Shown piece after piece: positions 12,313-23,245 of a stretch of DNA of 64,000 bases (positions are counted from its first letter, which is position 1; each line of letters opens with the position of its first letter). Position numbers and translations under genes: made by a program. The DNA is from Welwitschia mirabilis (Eukaryota), in the NCBI GenBank assembly GCA_051453625.1, contig JBOZIK010000001.1, forward strand, positions 7,870,413 through 7,934,412, in the 5' to 3' direction. Below the pieces are notes generated by a model, which worked only from the letters and a program-made list of their open reading frames with translations, was not told where the DNA came from and ran no database searches.

Positions 12313-13614
12313 GGCTTATTATTGTAATTTTAGTTTATCAAACCTGATATTTGTAGAATTTCAAGAAATGATGAGGCAAAGTCTTTGAACCATACCTTAA
12401 CAAAGAATATGTACATCAATAAATAATGGAGGAGCATTAATATTTATAAGAAGAGGTAGGTTTTGAAAAGACCTACATAAAATACAACAAAAAAAAACAC
12501 TAAATAAAAGAAAGAAAATTAGAAAAAGAAACAATAATGGAAGTGCCATTCATAAGAAAGGAGAAGAAAAAGAAAAAAAAACAATCGAATTGATTATGGA
12601 NNNNNNNNNNNNNNNNNNNNNNNNNNNNNNNNNNNNNNNNNNNNNNNNNNNNNNNNNNNNNNNNNNNNNNNNNNNNNNNNNNNNNNNNNNNNNNNNNNNN
12701 NNNNNNNNNNNNNNNNNNNNNNNNNNNNNNNNNNNNNNNNNNNNNNNNNNNNNNNNNNNNNNNNNNNNNNNNNNNNNNNNNNNNNNNNNNNNNNNNNNNN
12801 NNNNNNNNNNNNNNNNNNNNNNNNNNNNNNNNNNNNNNNNNNNNNNNNNNNNNNNNNNNNNNNNNNNNNNNNNNNNNNNNNNNNNNNNNNNNNNNNNNNN
12901 NNNNNNNNNNNNNNNNNNNNNNNNNNNNNNNNNNNNNNNNNNNNNNNNNNNNNNNNNNNNNNNNNNNNNNNNNNNNNNNNNNNNNNNNNNNNNNNNNNNN
13001 NNNNNNNNNNNNNNNNNNNNNNNNNNNNNNNNNNNNNNNNNNNNNNNNNNNNNNNNNNNNNNNNNNNNNNNNNNNNNNNNNNNNNNNNNNNNNNNNNNNN
13101 NNNNNNNNNNNNNNNNNNNNNNNNNNNNNNNNNNNNNNNNNNNNNNNNNNNNNNNNNNNNNNNNNNNNNNNNNNNNNNNNNNNNNNNNNNNNNNNNNNNN
13201 NNNNNNNNNNNNNNNNNNNNNNNNNNNNNNNNNNNNNNNNNNNNNNNNNNNNNNNNNNNNNNNNNNNNNNNNNNNNNNNNNNNNNNNNNNNNNNNNNNNN
13301 NNNNNNNNNNNNNNNNNNNNNNNNNNNNNNNNNNNNNNNNNNNNNNNNNNNNNNNNNNNNNNNNNNNNNNNNNNNNNNNNNNNNNNNNNNNNNNNNNNNN
13401 NNNNNNNNNNNNNNNNNNNNNNNNNNNNNNNNNNNNNNNNNNNNNNNNNNNNNNNNNNNNNNNNNNNNNNNNNNNNNNNNNNNNNNNNNNNNNNNNNNNN
13501 NNNNNNNNNNATGGAAGTGCCATGCATAAGAAAGGAGAAGAAAAAGAAAAAAAAACTATCGAATTGATTATGGATTACATAGAAAATGAGTTAAAAATGA
13601 GGGGTCTATAAGGG

Positions 13615-13622
13615 TATTTATA
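13615..13622 (-). promoter_or_regulatory. TATA box (TATAAATA) facing the antisense ORF in element B
   Basis: Minus strand reads CCATTATTATAAATACCCTTATAGACCCCTCATTTT. Position and context are conserved in element A at 29296-29303. Confidence 0.5.
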
Positions 13623-13749
13623 ATAATGGACCAGGATTAACCTAACTCTAAGAGTAAAAGTTAATCATAGTTAACTAACCCATAGTCAAGTGTAATTAAA
13701 CTAAGTTAACTAAAGTTAAAACCATAGTTAGACATCTAATTCAAAAGAA

Positions 13750-14500
13750 GTCGATGTTGCACTCCAAGTTCATGATGTCATACTCGAAAAAACTCGATGT
13801 CGTGCTTATGTGTTTGACATTATACTAGGATCCACAAGACTCACTGTTGCACTCTAACGGCCAACATCACACTCTGAACCCGACATTGCACTTAGCTCCA
13901 CAAGGCTTAATATCATACTCTAAAGCCCAACATCACACTCTAAAGGCCAAAATTGCACTCTAAAGCCTAATGTTACAATGTAAATGCTGGCACCGCATCT
14001 GAAGGCTACCATCACACTTCAAGTCCAACATCATACTTTGGTACTTGATGTCACACTTGCCTTCACAAGGGCTCAATGCTGTTGTTGCTTCACAAAAAGC
14101 ATTTTTTCCACTTGCATGTGCAAGAAGCTCTAATGTTGTACTTGAATGTTTGATGTCAAACTTGGATGTTTGATGTCATACTCAAGTAATAGATACATCC
14201 CTCACTGCTGGTATTTTCAATGACCTCTGACATTGTAGTAGAAGACTTGACATTGCACTTTGATGTTTAACATTACACTTACATTATTAACATCACACTT
14301 ATGTATCTGATATTTCACTCAGGTACTAGACGTGTCCCTCGCCCCTAGCACTACTCTTGATGTCCCAAAATCTTTTCAAAATCTCTAATGTTACACTTAG
14401 TACTCAATGTCATACTTGGGTACTAGACATCACAATTAATCTTTTGATGTCACTCTTACAGTTCAACATCGCACCTAACTATCTAATGTTGCATTTGTAT
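13750..14500. repeat. Degenerate ~20-21 bp tandem array (inferred ancestral core CGACGTCGCACT) in element B leader
   Basis: Recurrent units CGATGTTGCACT, TGATGTCATACT, CAACATCACACT, CGACATTGCACT and TGATGTCACACT at ~20-21 bp spacing. Variants follow CG>TG/CA decay. Confidence 0.8.
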
Positions 14501-14626
14501 GCTTGATTATATAAATCCCTTAGTAGTTGGAATTCATGTTAATAAGGTTATTATGATAATAATTAAACTACTTCTTCTAATTATTTTCTATCTACCATAT
14601 GAGTACAGGTATCTAAGTATTACAAC

Positions 14627-17600
14627 AATGCTATAAAAAGGGATGTAACATCATCAAAAAGGGAACTGACAAAAAAGGAAAGAAGAATAATGAAGGAGAG
14701 CTGGCACACCATAGAACATAGAGTAAATAGATGGATAGATAAAACAGAAAGTCAAATCAACAACATTTACTTTTAGAATAAACTTTTAGCTAGTAGGATT
14801 AATAGCCTTCTCTCTTTCCTGGAAGATAGACCTCCAAAACATAATCCAAGAGCATCCTAAGTGCAACCATGTACATTAGGAAAACATACTCCAATAGATA
14901 TAATTAATCTATAGAACATCTAGATAAGACTACTGAACACATAGGCTAACCTTAATAACTCTAATCTATAGGAAGGCTAACCTTAATCACTCTAATCTAG
15001 AGGAAGGAGAGGAGATTGTGAAAATGATATGTTTGAATAAATATGAAGGAAAAGCAGAAACAAGTGAAGAAGCCATATCCTAGATCCAATAAATAGAGAA
15101 CTACNNNNNNNNNNGATTCAAAATGTTCCTCTAGAAAAATGATGCACATACATTGTTTCCTTTATTATAAAAAAGGCACAAGAATGGTGATCTAGATACC
15201 AATAAAAACATCCCCAAAGAATACCATAAGAAATATTTATAGAAGAGTTCAAAATAAAATTCATCCCAAATGATTTCATTAAAGATCAAATGTTGCAGTT
15301 CCAATGTGTTGTAGTGTGAATTCTTGCAATCTTGAAGCTCTTTAAGTAAACTTATAAATCATATAACTTGCAAAATACACATGCTAGTATATATAGGAGT
15401 TTACTGAAATGTCATAATCCCAACGAAGGCAGTAGGCTCAGAGTTAAAGAATTGATTTCCAAAGGTAGTTTTGGTTCTTTTATCTTTTACTAACTGAAAG
15501 TAAATAATAAAGTAAATGTAATGCAAGATAAATGAAGATGCAATTTAAGTAAATGTAAATGGAAATGAGATTCTACTTAGATCCTAATCCTTCTATTATA
15601 AGAACTAGCTTTTAGCCTTTCTATCACAAAGGCTATCCTTTCTATAATTTATCTTAATCAAGAAGACTATCTACTAATTCTTATTTAACATAAACTATTA
15701 GATCTACTAAGTAGAATATGCAATATATAATATGAATGAAATAGAAATGTAATGCAAACATATTACTAAGTAAGACCAATCTTAATAAAGGTTGCCCTCA
15801 TGATCTGAATAAATCATAGATCTGTCACTTAACTATGACCAACTTAAAGCATAAGGGACATTCACAGAATTAAAGTGAAAATAGAATTTGTATTAATGAA
15901 AATAACGTTACATCCACTTACAATAGAATAACAGCTCTTCAGTGGAAGAGACATAGCCTAACACTAAGAAAAGCCTTTTCTATAGTTATTGGATGGACCT
16001 CCTACCTTCAAGCTTCCATTACAAGCATAACAAGTACAAAAGATGGTTGGAAGTGAAGGAGGGAAGGGCTATTTATAGTTTTATAATGAACCATAATTCT
16101 AAACGTTCATTAAGGAAACCCTAGCCAACCACATATCCCGTTTGGCACTTGTTATAATGTAATTTACTGCCGCAGTGTAAAAACAATTATTGTTCCATCC
16201 ATCGTCCACACGACAGTAGGNNNNNNNNNNNNNNNNNNNNNNNNNNNNNNNNNNNNNNNNNNNNNNNNNNNNNNNNNNNNNNNNNNNNNNNNNNNNNNNN
16301 NNNNNNNNNNNNNNNNNNNNTCCAAGATCATTCTAAGTGCAAACATCTACATTAGGAAAACATACTCCAATAGATATAATTAATCTATAGAACATCTAAA
16401 TCAGACTACTGAACATAGAGGCTAACCTCTAAGCCTTCCTATCAAATAGAGCTAATCATTCCAATCTAGAGTAATGTAAAGGAGAGAAGATTGTGAAAAT
16501 GATATGTTTGAATACATATGAAGAAAAAGCTGGAACAAGTAAAGAATCCATATCCTAGATCCAATAAATAGAGAACTACTTCAAGCTTCAAAATATTCCT
16601 CTAAAAAGATGATGCATATACATTGTTTTCTTTCTTATAGAAAAGGCACAAGAATGGTGGTCCAGATACCAATAAAAACATCCCAAAGAATACCATGAGA
16701 AATATTTATAAAAAAGTTAAAAATAAAATTCATCCCAAATGATTTCATTAAAGATCAAATGTAGCAATTCCAATGCCTCTACTATAGAAAGTGCCCACTG
16801 GATAAACATTAGTCTGAATTCTAGTGCCTCATGAAGTACCAAAAGAACTTTATTAAGAATCATTTGATCATCAGTTTCATTGGGATATTACCGCCAAAAG
16901 TTAGAAGTGTCTTATTCATCTTGGAGATTAAATCCACTGGAGATTCTTGCTACAAGATAAGACATCATCTCCAAGGATAAGAAAATTGATGGACAGAGCA
17001 ACATCACCTCTAAGTGAACAGACACCTTACATCAAATGCACCACCAACAAGAGAGTCATATAAAAAAATCATACTTATCATAAATACCACAAGAAAGGTC
17101 ACATTACTAAGAACTACCCATCTAAAGCATGACCATCGAATTTTCTTAAGCACAGTTGGCCTCAAACTTTTCAAAATCTGCCTATGTTATAAAAAAGAGT
17201 ATACACTACCATCTGAAGGGGTGATTCATAATTAGTAATCCATCTTAGACTTACGTGGTAATATTTTATCTTTTTCTATTTCATTCCTAGTTGATAGTAG
17301 TTCCTTACATAATTTCATTTTATCCATATTATTTTACAAGCTAAACATAACCCCATTCAAAGAACAAGAATCCACCATAGGCATTGCAGGGAATAGTTTT
17401 CTTGCATAAGATAGGACTACTGCCCTTATCAACTACAATATTCATAACTTACATTTTAGGAATAAATTCTATATATTCCAAATAAGGGAGTATGATGTCA
17501 TTCTAGGGATCTCCTTCTTAATTAGATATAGTGTTTAAATCAATTTTCACCAATGAACTATATTACTATCAACTTTCTTCAGAGAACAAATATTCAAAGG

Positions 17601-20600
17601 TAAGGGAAGGAGTAATAAGATATTCTTGACCTCATCCAAATAGATCTTAAGAGCTATCAAAAGAAAACAAGTCTTCATTATCCTAGCATAGGTAGAAAAC
17701 CATAAAGAAAATCCTACTATACTAGAAGAACTGTAAGAATACTCTAATGTATTTAAAGACTAAAAACCACTCCTATCCAAGAGGAAAGTATAATACACAA
17801 TTAACTTAGTTCCTAGAGTGCAATCAATAGCATAAGCATCTTATCATTTCTAAGTAAATAATTAAGAGAACTCAAGTTGCAAGTTAAGTAGCTATTATTG
17901 GAAGGAAAAATTTACCCTAGTGTATCACCATGGAAAGCACTAGTTCTCTTTGTTAAGAAAAAAGATGATACCTTGTAACTTNNNNNNNNNNCTACAGGAA
18001 GTTAAACAAGGTAACCATTAAGAACAAGTATCTATTATCAAGAATCAATGATTTATTGGATCAACTTTAAGGAGCTAAGTTTTTTTAAAGATTGAGTTAC
18101 AGTTTGGATACCATTAGATCCACATCAAGGATAAAAACATCTACAAGACCTTCTTTAGAACAAGATATGGACATTACTAGTTTGTAGTAATTCCTTTCAG
18201 TTTAATAAAGATTTAGCTACTTTTATGAGTTTAATGAATGATATTTTTTGACTGTATTAGGATAAATTCATAGTTGTATTTTTAGATTATATTCTAATAT
18301 ATTCTAGANNNNNNNNNNNNNNNNNNNNNNNNNNNNNNNNNNNNNNNNNNNNNNNNNNNNNNNNNNNNNNNNNNNNNNNNNNNNNNNNNNNNNNNNNNNN
18401 NNNNNNNNCTTATCAACTACAACATTCATGACTTATATTTTAGAGATAAATTCTATGTCTTCCTAATTGAATAGTATCATGCCATTCTAGGGATTTCCTT
18501 CTTAACTAGATATAGTATTTAAATCAATTTTCATCAATGAACTATATTACTATCAACTTTGTTCAAAGAACAAATCTTCAAAGGGGAGGGGAGGAGTAAT
18601 AAAATATCCTTGATCTCATCCAAATAGATCTTAAGAGCTATCAAAAGGAAATAAGTATTCATTACCCTAGTATAGGTAAAAAACCATAAAGAAAATCCTA
18701 CTACACTAGAAGAACTATAAGAATAATCTAATGTATTTAAAGACTAAAAAACACTCCTATCCAAGAGGAAAGTATAATACACAATTGACTTAGTTCCTAG
18801 AGCATAACCAATAGCATGAACATCTTATCGTTTCTAAGTAATATAATTAAGAGAACTCAAGCTGCAAGTTAAGTAGCTATTGTTGGAAGGAAAAATTTAC
18901 CCTAGTGTATCACCATGAAAAGCACTAGTTCTCTTTGTTAAGAAAAAAGATGATATCTTATGACTTTGCATTGACTACAGGAAGTTAAACAAGGTAACCA
19001 TTAAGAACAAGTATCTATTACCAAGAATCAATGATTTATTGGATCAACTTCAAGGAGCCAAGTATTTTTAAAGATTGAGTTAAAGTTTAGATACCATTAG
19101 ATCCACATCAAGGATAAAAACATCTACAAAACCTTCTTTAGAAGAATATATGGACATTATGAGTTTGTAGAAATTCCTTTCAATGTAATAAAGCTTTATC
19201 TACTTTTATGAGTTCAATGGATGATATTTTTTTACTGTATTTGGATAAATTCATAGTTGTATTTTTAGATTATATTCTAATATACTTTAGAAATCAATAT
19301 GACCATATTGCACACTTGAAGAAGGTTCTACAGGTTATGTTCAAGCATAATTTTAAAGCCAAATAAAGCAAGTATAACTTATTTTAAATAGAAATTAGCT
19401 ATCTAGGCCATGTCATCTCTAGTAAAGGAATTACAACTGACCTAGTTAAAGTGTAAGCTATAAGAGAATGATGAGAATTAAAAGATGCTACATAATTTTG
19501 AAGTTTCCTAGGATTGGTTGACTTATATCAAAAATTCGTTTCAAGATTATTTTAACTCATAGTGCCATTAATATATTTAACTAAGTCAAAAACCACATTC
19601 AACTTTAATGACAAATGTAAGGAATCATTTCTTAGATTAATCTACTACTTATAATAACATCTATTCTCAAAATCACAAACATAAACAAATTATTTACAAT
19701 CATCATCAATGGTTCTACTTAAGAAATAAAAGTTGTACTTAGCTAGAACTATTAGGTAATTATTTATGAATTACTCAAGTTAAATTAACATGAGAAGAAC
19801 TATATTGTACATGATCTCAAATTACTAGTCATAGTACGTGCCTTGAAAGTTTGGATATGTTATCCTATGGAAAGTGAATTTTTTCTCAAAATAGATTATA
19901 AAAGCTTGGAATATTTTTAGAAATAGCTTCTTCTAAATATTTTATAGAGAAGATGGGATAAGTTGCTTATAGAATATAACTTCAAAATATATTATACCCC
20001 TAAGAAAGAGAATAAATTCCAGATGCCTTAAGTAGAATGTGGTACATGCTAGCAACCTCTATTACAACTGATGTATCTGTCTTCCTCAAAACATCTTTAA
20101 CCGATGATTCATACTTCAAGGACATACATCAAATGATCCAAGAATAAAAAGAAGTAGATATATACATGCTCTCATAGGATGGATACCTCCTGAAAGTATG
20201 ATGTTTATTCATTCCACAAGGCCCATGGAGAAGGAAGATGGTGTCCGAACTACATGAAGTTCTATATGCAAGATACCTGGATTAATCAAGAATTACCACC
20301 ACTTGCAAAAACAATACTTTTGGCCCATAATGAAAGTATAATTAAAGGTATACATCCATAATTATTCCATATGCTATCAAATGAAGATTGATTAGAGAAG
20401 ACCCACTAGACNNNNNNNNNNNNNNNNNNNNNNNNNNNNNNNNNNNNNNNNNNNNNNNNNNNNNNNNNNNNNNNNNNNNNNNNNNNNNNNNNNNNNNNNN
20501 NNNNNNNNNNNATAGATTATAAAAGCTTGGAATATTTTTAGAAATAGCTACTTCTAAATATGTGATAGAGAAGATGGAATGAGTTTCTTGTAGAATATAA

Positions 20601-22110
20601 CTTTAAAATATATTATAACCCCAAGAGAGAGAATAAATTTGTAGGTGCCTTAAGTAGAATGTGGTACATGCTAGTAACCTCTATTACAACTGATCTATCT
20701 GTCTTTCTCAAAACATCTTTAACTGATGATTCATACTTCAAGGACATACATCAAATGATCCAAGAAGAAAAATAAGTAGATATATACATGCTCTCATAGG
20801 ATGGATACCTCCAAAAAGTATGATGTTTATGCATTCGACAAGGCCCATGTAGAAGGAAGATGATGTTCGAACTACATGAAGTTCTATATGCAAGATACTT
20901 GGATTAATCAAGAATTACCACTGCTTGCAAAAATACTACTGTTAGCCTAGAATGAAAGTATAATTATAGGTATACATCCACAATTGTCCCATATGCTAGA
21001 AAATAAAGATTGATTAGAGAAGACCCACGAGTCTCCTCCAACCTTTGGAAATCCCATAGTGGAAATGGGAAGAAATANNNNNNNNNNNNNNNNNNNNNNN
21101 NNNNNNNNNNNNNNNNNNNNNNNNNNNNNNNNNNNNNNNNNNNNNNNNNNNNNNNNNNNNNNNNNNNNNNNNNNNNNAATATAATCAAATAATTAGTCCT
21201 CTAGTTTATATAGGAAGTTTTTAAATTACATCATGCATCACAGGTTATAGTACCCAACTAAGATCCAAAGTTCTTGTCTAAGTTCTAACAAAGTTTATTT
21301 CACCACTTAGGCTCTAAACTCAACTTCAGTACTGCATACCACTAAGAAATAGATGTTCAAACAAAAAGAGTAAATTATATACTAGAAGATACTCTAATAT
21401 GTTACATGATAGGAAAGCCTAAACAATGGGAGAACTATCTACATTTGGTAAAGTTTGCTTATAATTAGATGTTTCAAACTTCCATTTGATGTTTACCGTT
21501 CAAAGCAATGTATGATAGGAACTATTCCACCACTATCACATACTCATATCCTTCAAAGAAATAAAAAAGGATAATACCCTCAGAATTAAAGATGATGAAA
21601 AATGTAATCAATAAAATAAAAATACAGCTACAAAAAGTACAAGATTGATAGAAAAATTCATATAATCAAAAACATTAGACCCACACATTCTAAGTTAACA
21701 AACAGGTATTGCTAAGAATTAAGATAGAAAGTAACTCCTTGAAAATGAGTAAGTATAGTAAGTTATCATTATAGTTCTGCAGTCTATTCAAGATCATTGA
21801 CAGAATAGGAGATCTAGCATATAAACTAGAACTCACTCAAAAAATGTCTTGAATACATTTAGTTTTTCATGTGAGAACAATGAAACCATATCATGAAGAT
21901 AAAAACTAGGACTACACCTTAAACTGGTAACATATTATGCTCAAACCCAACCTAACTTTCACTATCCAATTGAAAAAGTTTCTAGATACTAGAATTAAGA
22001 AATTAAGAATTAAACATATAAATGAAATACTTATTTAATGAATCCACTATAACTAATAGATGTGGAAAAATAAGGGGTATATGTAGGAGACTTTTCCTGG
22101 ACTTTTTAAA
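14627..22110 (+). pseudogene. Element B gag-pol (gag, protease, RT, RNase H, integrase, chromodomain), with assembly-duplicated segments
   Basis: gag AQEWWSRYQ...FIPNDFIKDQM, protease FLVDSSSLHNFI (~17280), RT SVSPWKALVLFVKKKDD and [47 protein letters not shown], integrase FSTAYH*EIDVQTKRVNYILE, and chromodomain KFLDTRIKKLRIKHINEILI (~21970-22110). Confidence 0.93.
15307..16220 (-). mobile_element. Younger LTR (TGTTGT-terminus family) inserted in element B gag; far end lies in a gap
   Basis: gag homology stops at TTCCAATG|TGTTGTAGTG, while the duplicate copy continues TTCCAATG|CCTCTAC at ~16775. Minus-strand CTATAAATAGCC at ~16068-16079. Similar to the LTR at 57885-59074 and retains more CpG. 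Confidence 0.75.
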
Positions 22111-22825
22111 TAAAGCCTAATATACCATTTTTTTAATATTATTAATGTATCTATTAATAAATAATATCTATCCTTTTATTATGTCTTGTATACTGCCCCT
22201 GGCCTAAATTTGCACTTCAAAAGTAGTTNNNNNNNNNNNNNNNNNNNNNNNNNNNNNNNNNNNNNNNNNNNNNNNNNNNNNNNNNNNNNNNNNNNNNNNN
22301 NNNNNNNNNNNNNNNNNNNNNNNNNNNNNNNNNNNNNNNNNNNNNNNNNNNNNNNNNNNNNNNNNNNNNNNNNNNNNNNNNNNNNNNNNNNNNNNNNNNN
22401 NNNNNNNNNNNNNNNNNNNNNNNNNNNNNNNNNNNNNNNNNNNNNNNNNNNNNNNNNNNNNNNNNNNNNNNNNNNNNNNNNNNNNNNNNNNNNNNNNNNN
22501 NNNNNNNNNNNNNNNNNNNNNNNNNNNNNNNNNNNNNNNNNNNNNNNNNNNNNNNNNNNNNNNNNNNNNNNNNNNNNNNNNNNNNNNNNNNNNNNNNNNN
22601 AAAACAAGGAGTATATGTAGAAGACTTTTCCTAGAATTTTTAAAGAAAGCCTGATATACCTTTTTTTTAATGTTATCGATGTATCTATTAATAAATAATA
22701 TCTCCCCTTTCATTATGTTTTATATACCATACAAAAAATAATCAAGAGGAGCATGGATTCAGAAATAATATAAGAAGAGGATAGACCATATTCAAGGATG
22801 AGAATAATTCCTAAGAGGGAGGGAA

Positions 22826-23240
22826 TGTAATGTTCCCAATTTACTATTTGTATAATAAGTGTACTAAACACTAAATAAGCATAATTAATAGAGATAGAAA
22901 TGGGTGTAATCCAAGTTTGAAAAGATGTATTCCTTCATTATGCTATTTATGCCTATGATATTAGGTGGGGGTGGATAGACTGAGTGGATGTAACTAATGA
23001 CAAACTTGGCTAATTTGCAAGGGTCATAGGAGGAGGACTCAGGTCATAGTCTATGTCTTTATCTTTAACCATTAGTCCAAGGCTATTGCCTCATGATGAG
23101 GACTATAATTCACTGCTTTTAATAATAAAATCTACATTCTTTTTAGATTATTCCTTGTTTTTTCTATTGATCCTATTATATTATTTTATATGTTCCTTTT
23201 TATATGAAGTAATCTAAAATTAGTAAAATAAAACATTACA
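22826..23240 (+). repeat. 3' LTR of element B (415 bp); second assembly copy at 24054-24466
   Basis: PPT AAGAGGGAGGGAA, then inverted termini TGTAATGTT...AACATTACA. Confidence 0.93.
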
Positions 23241-23245
23241 GGGTA

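Larger units (their letters stand above)
10211..23240 (+). mobile_element. Element B: same chromovirus family as A, inserted in opposite orientation into A's RT; 5' LTR internally deleted
   Basis: Starts TGTAATGTT at 10211 and ends AACATTACA at 23240. Flanks GGATA (10206-10210) and GGGTA (23241-23245) form a 5-bp TSD with one transition. Removing B restores A's KKDGTL(R)LCIDYR. Confidence 0.93.

Noticed and set aside
13750-14500. Repeat arrays (also 28020-29160 and 55562-55856) as CRISPR
   Set aside because: Units are degenerate and abutting with no unique spacers, there are no cas genes, and the context is a plant retrotransposon.
14570-14612. Splice acceptor just upstream of gag that would remove the long leader
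   Set aside because: CTAAT...TACAG is present in B, but the equivalent AG is not clearly conserved in A.
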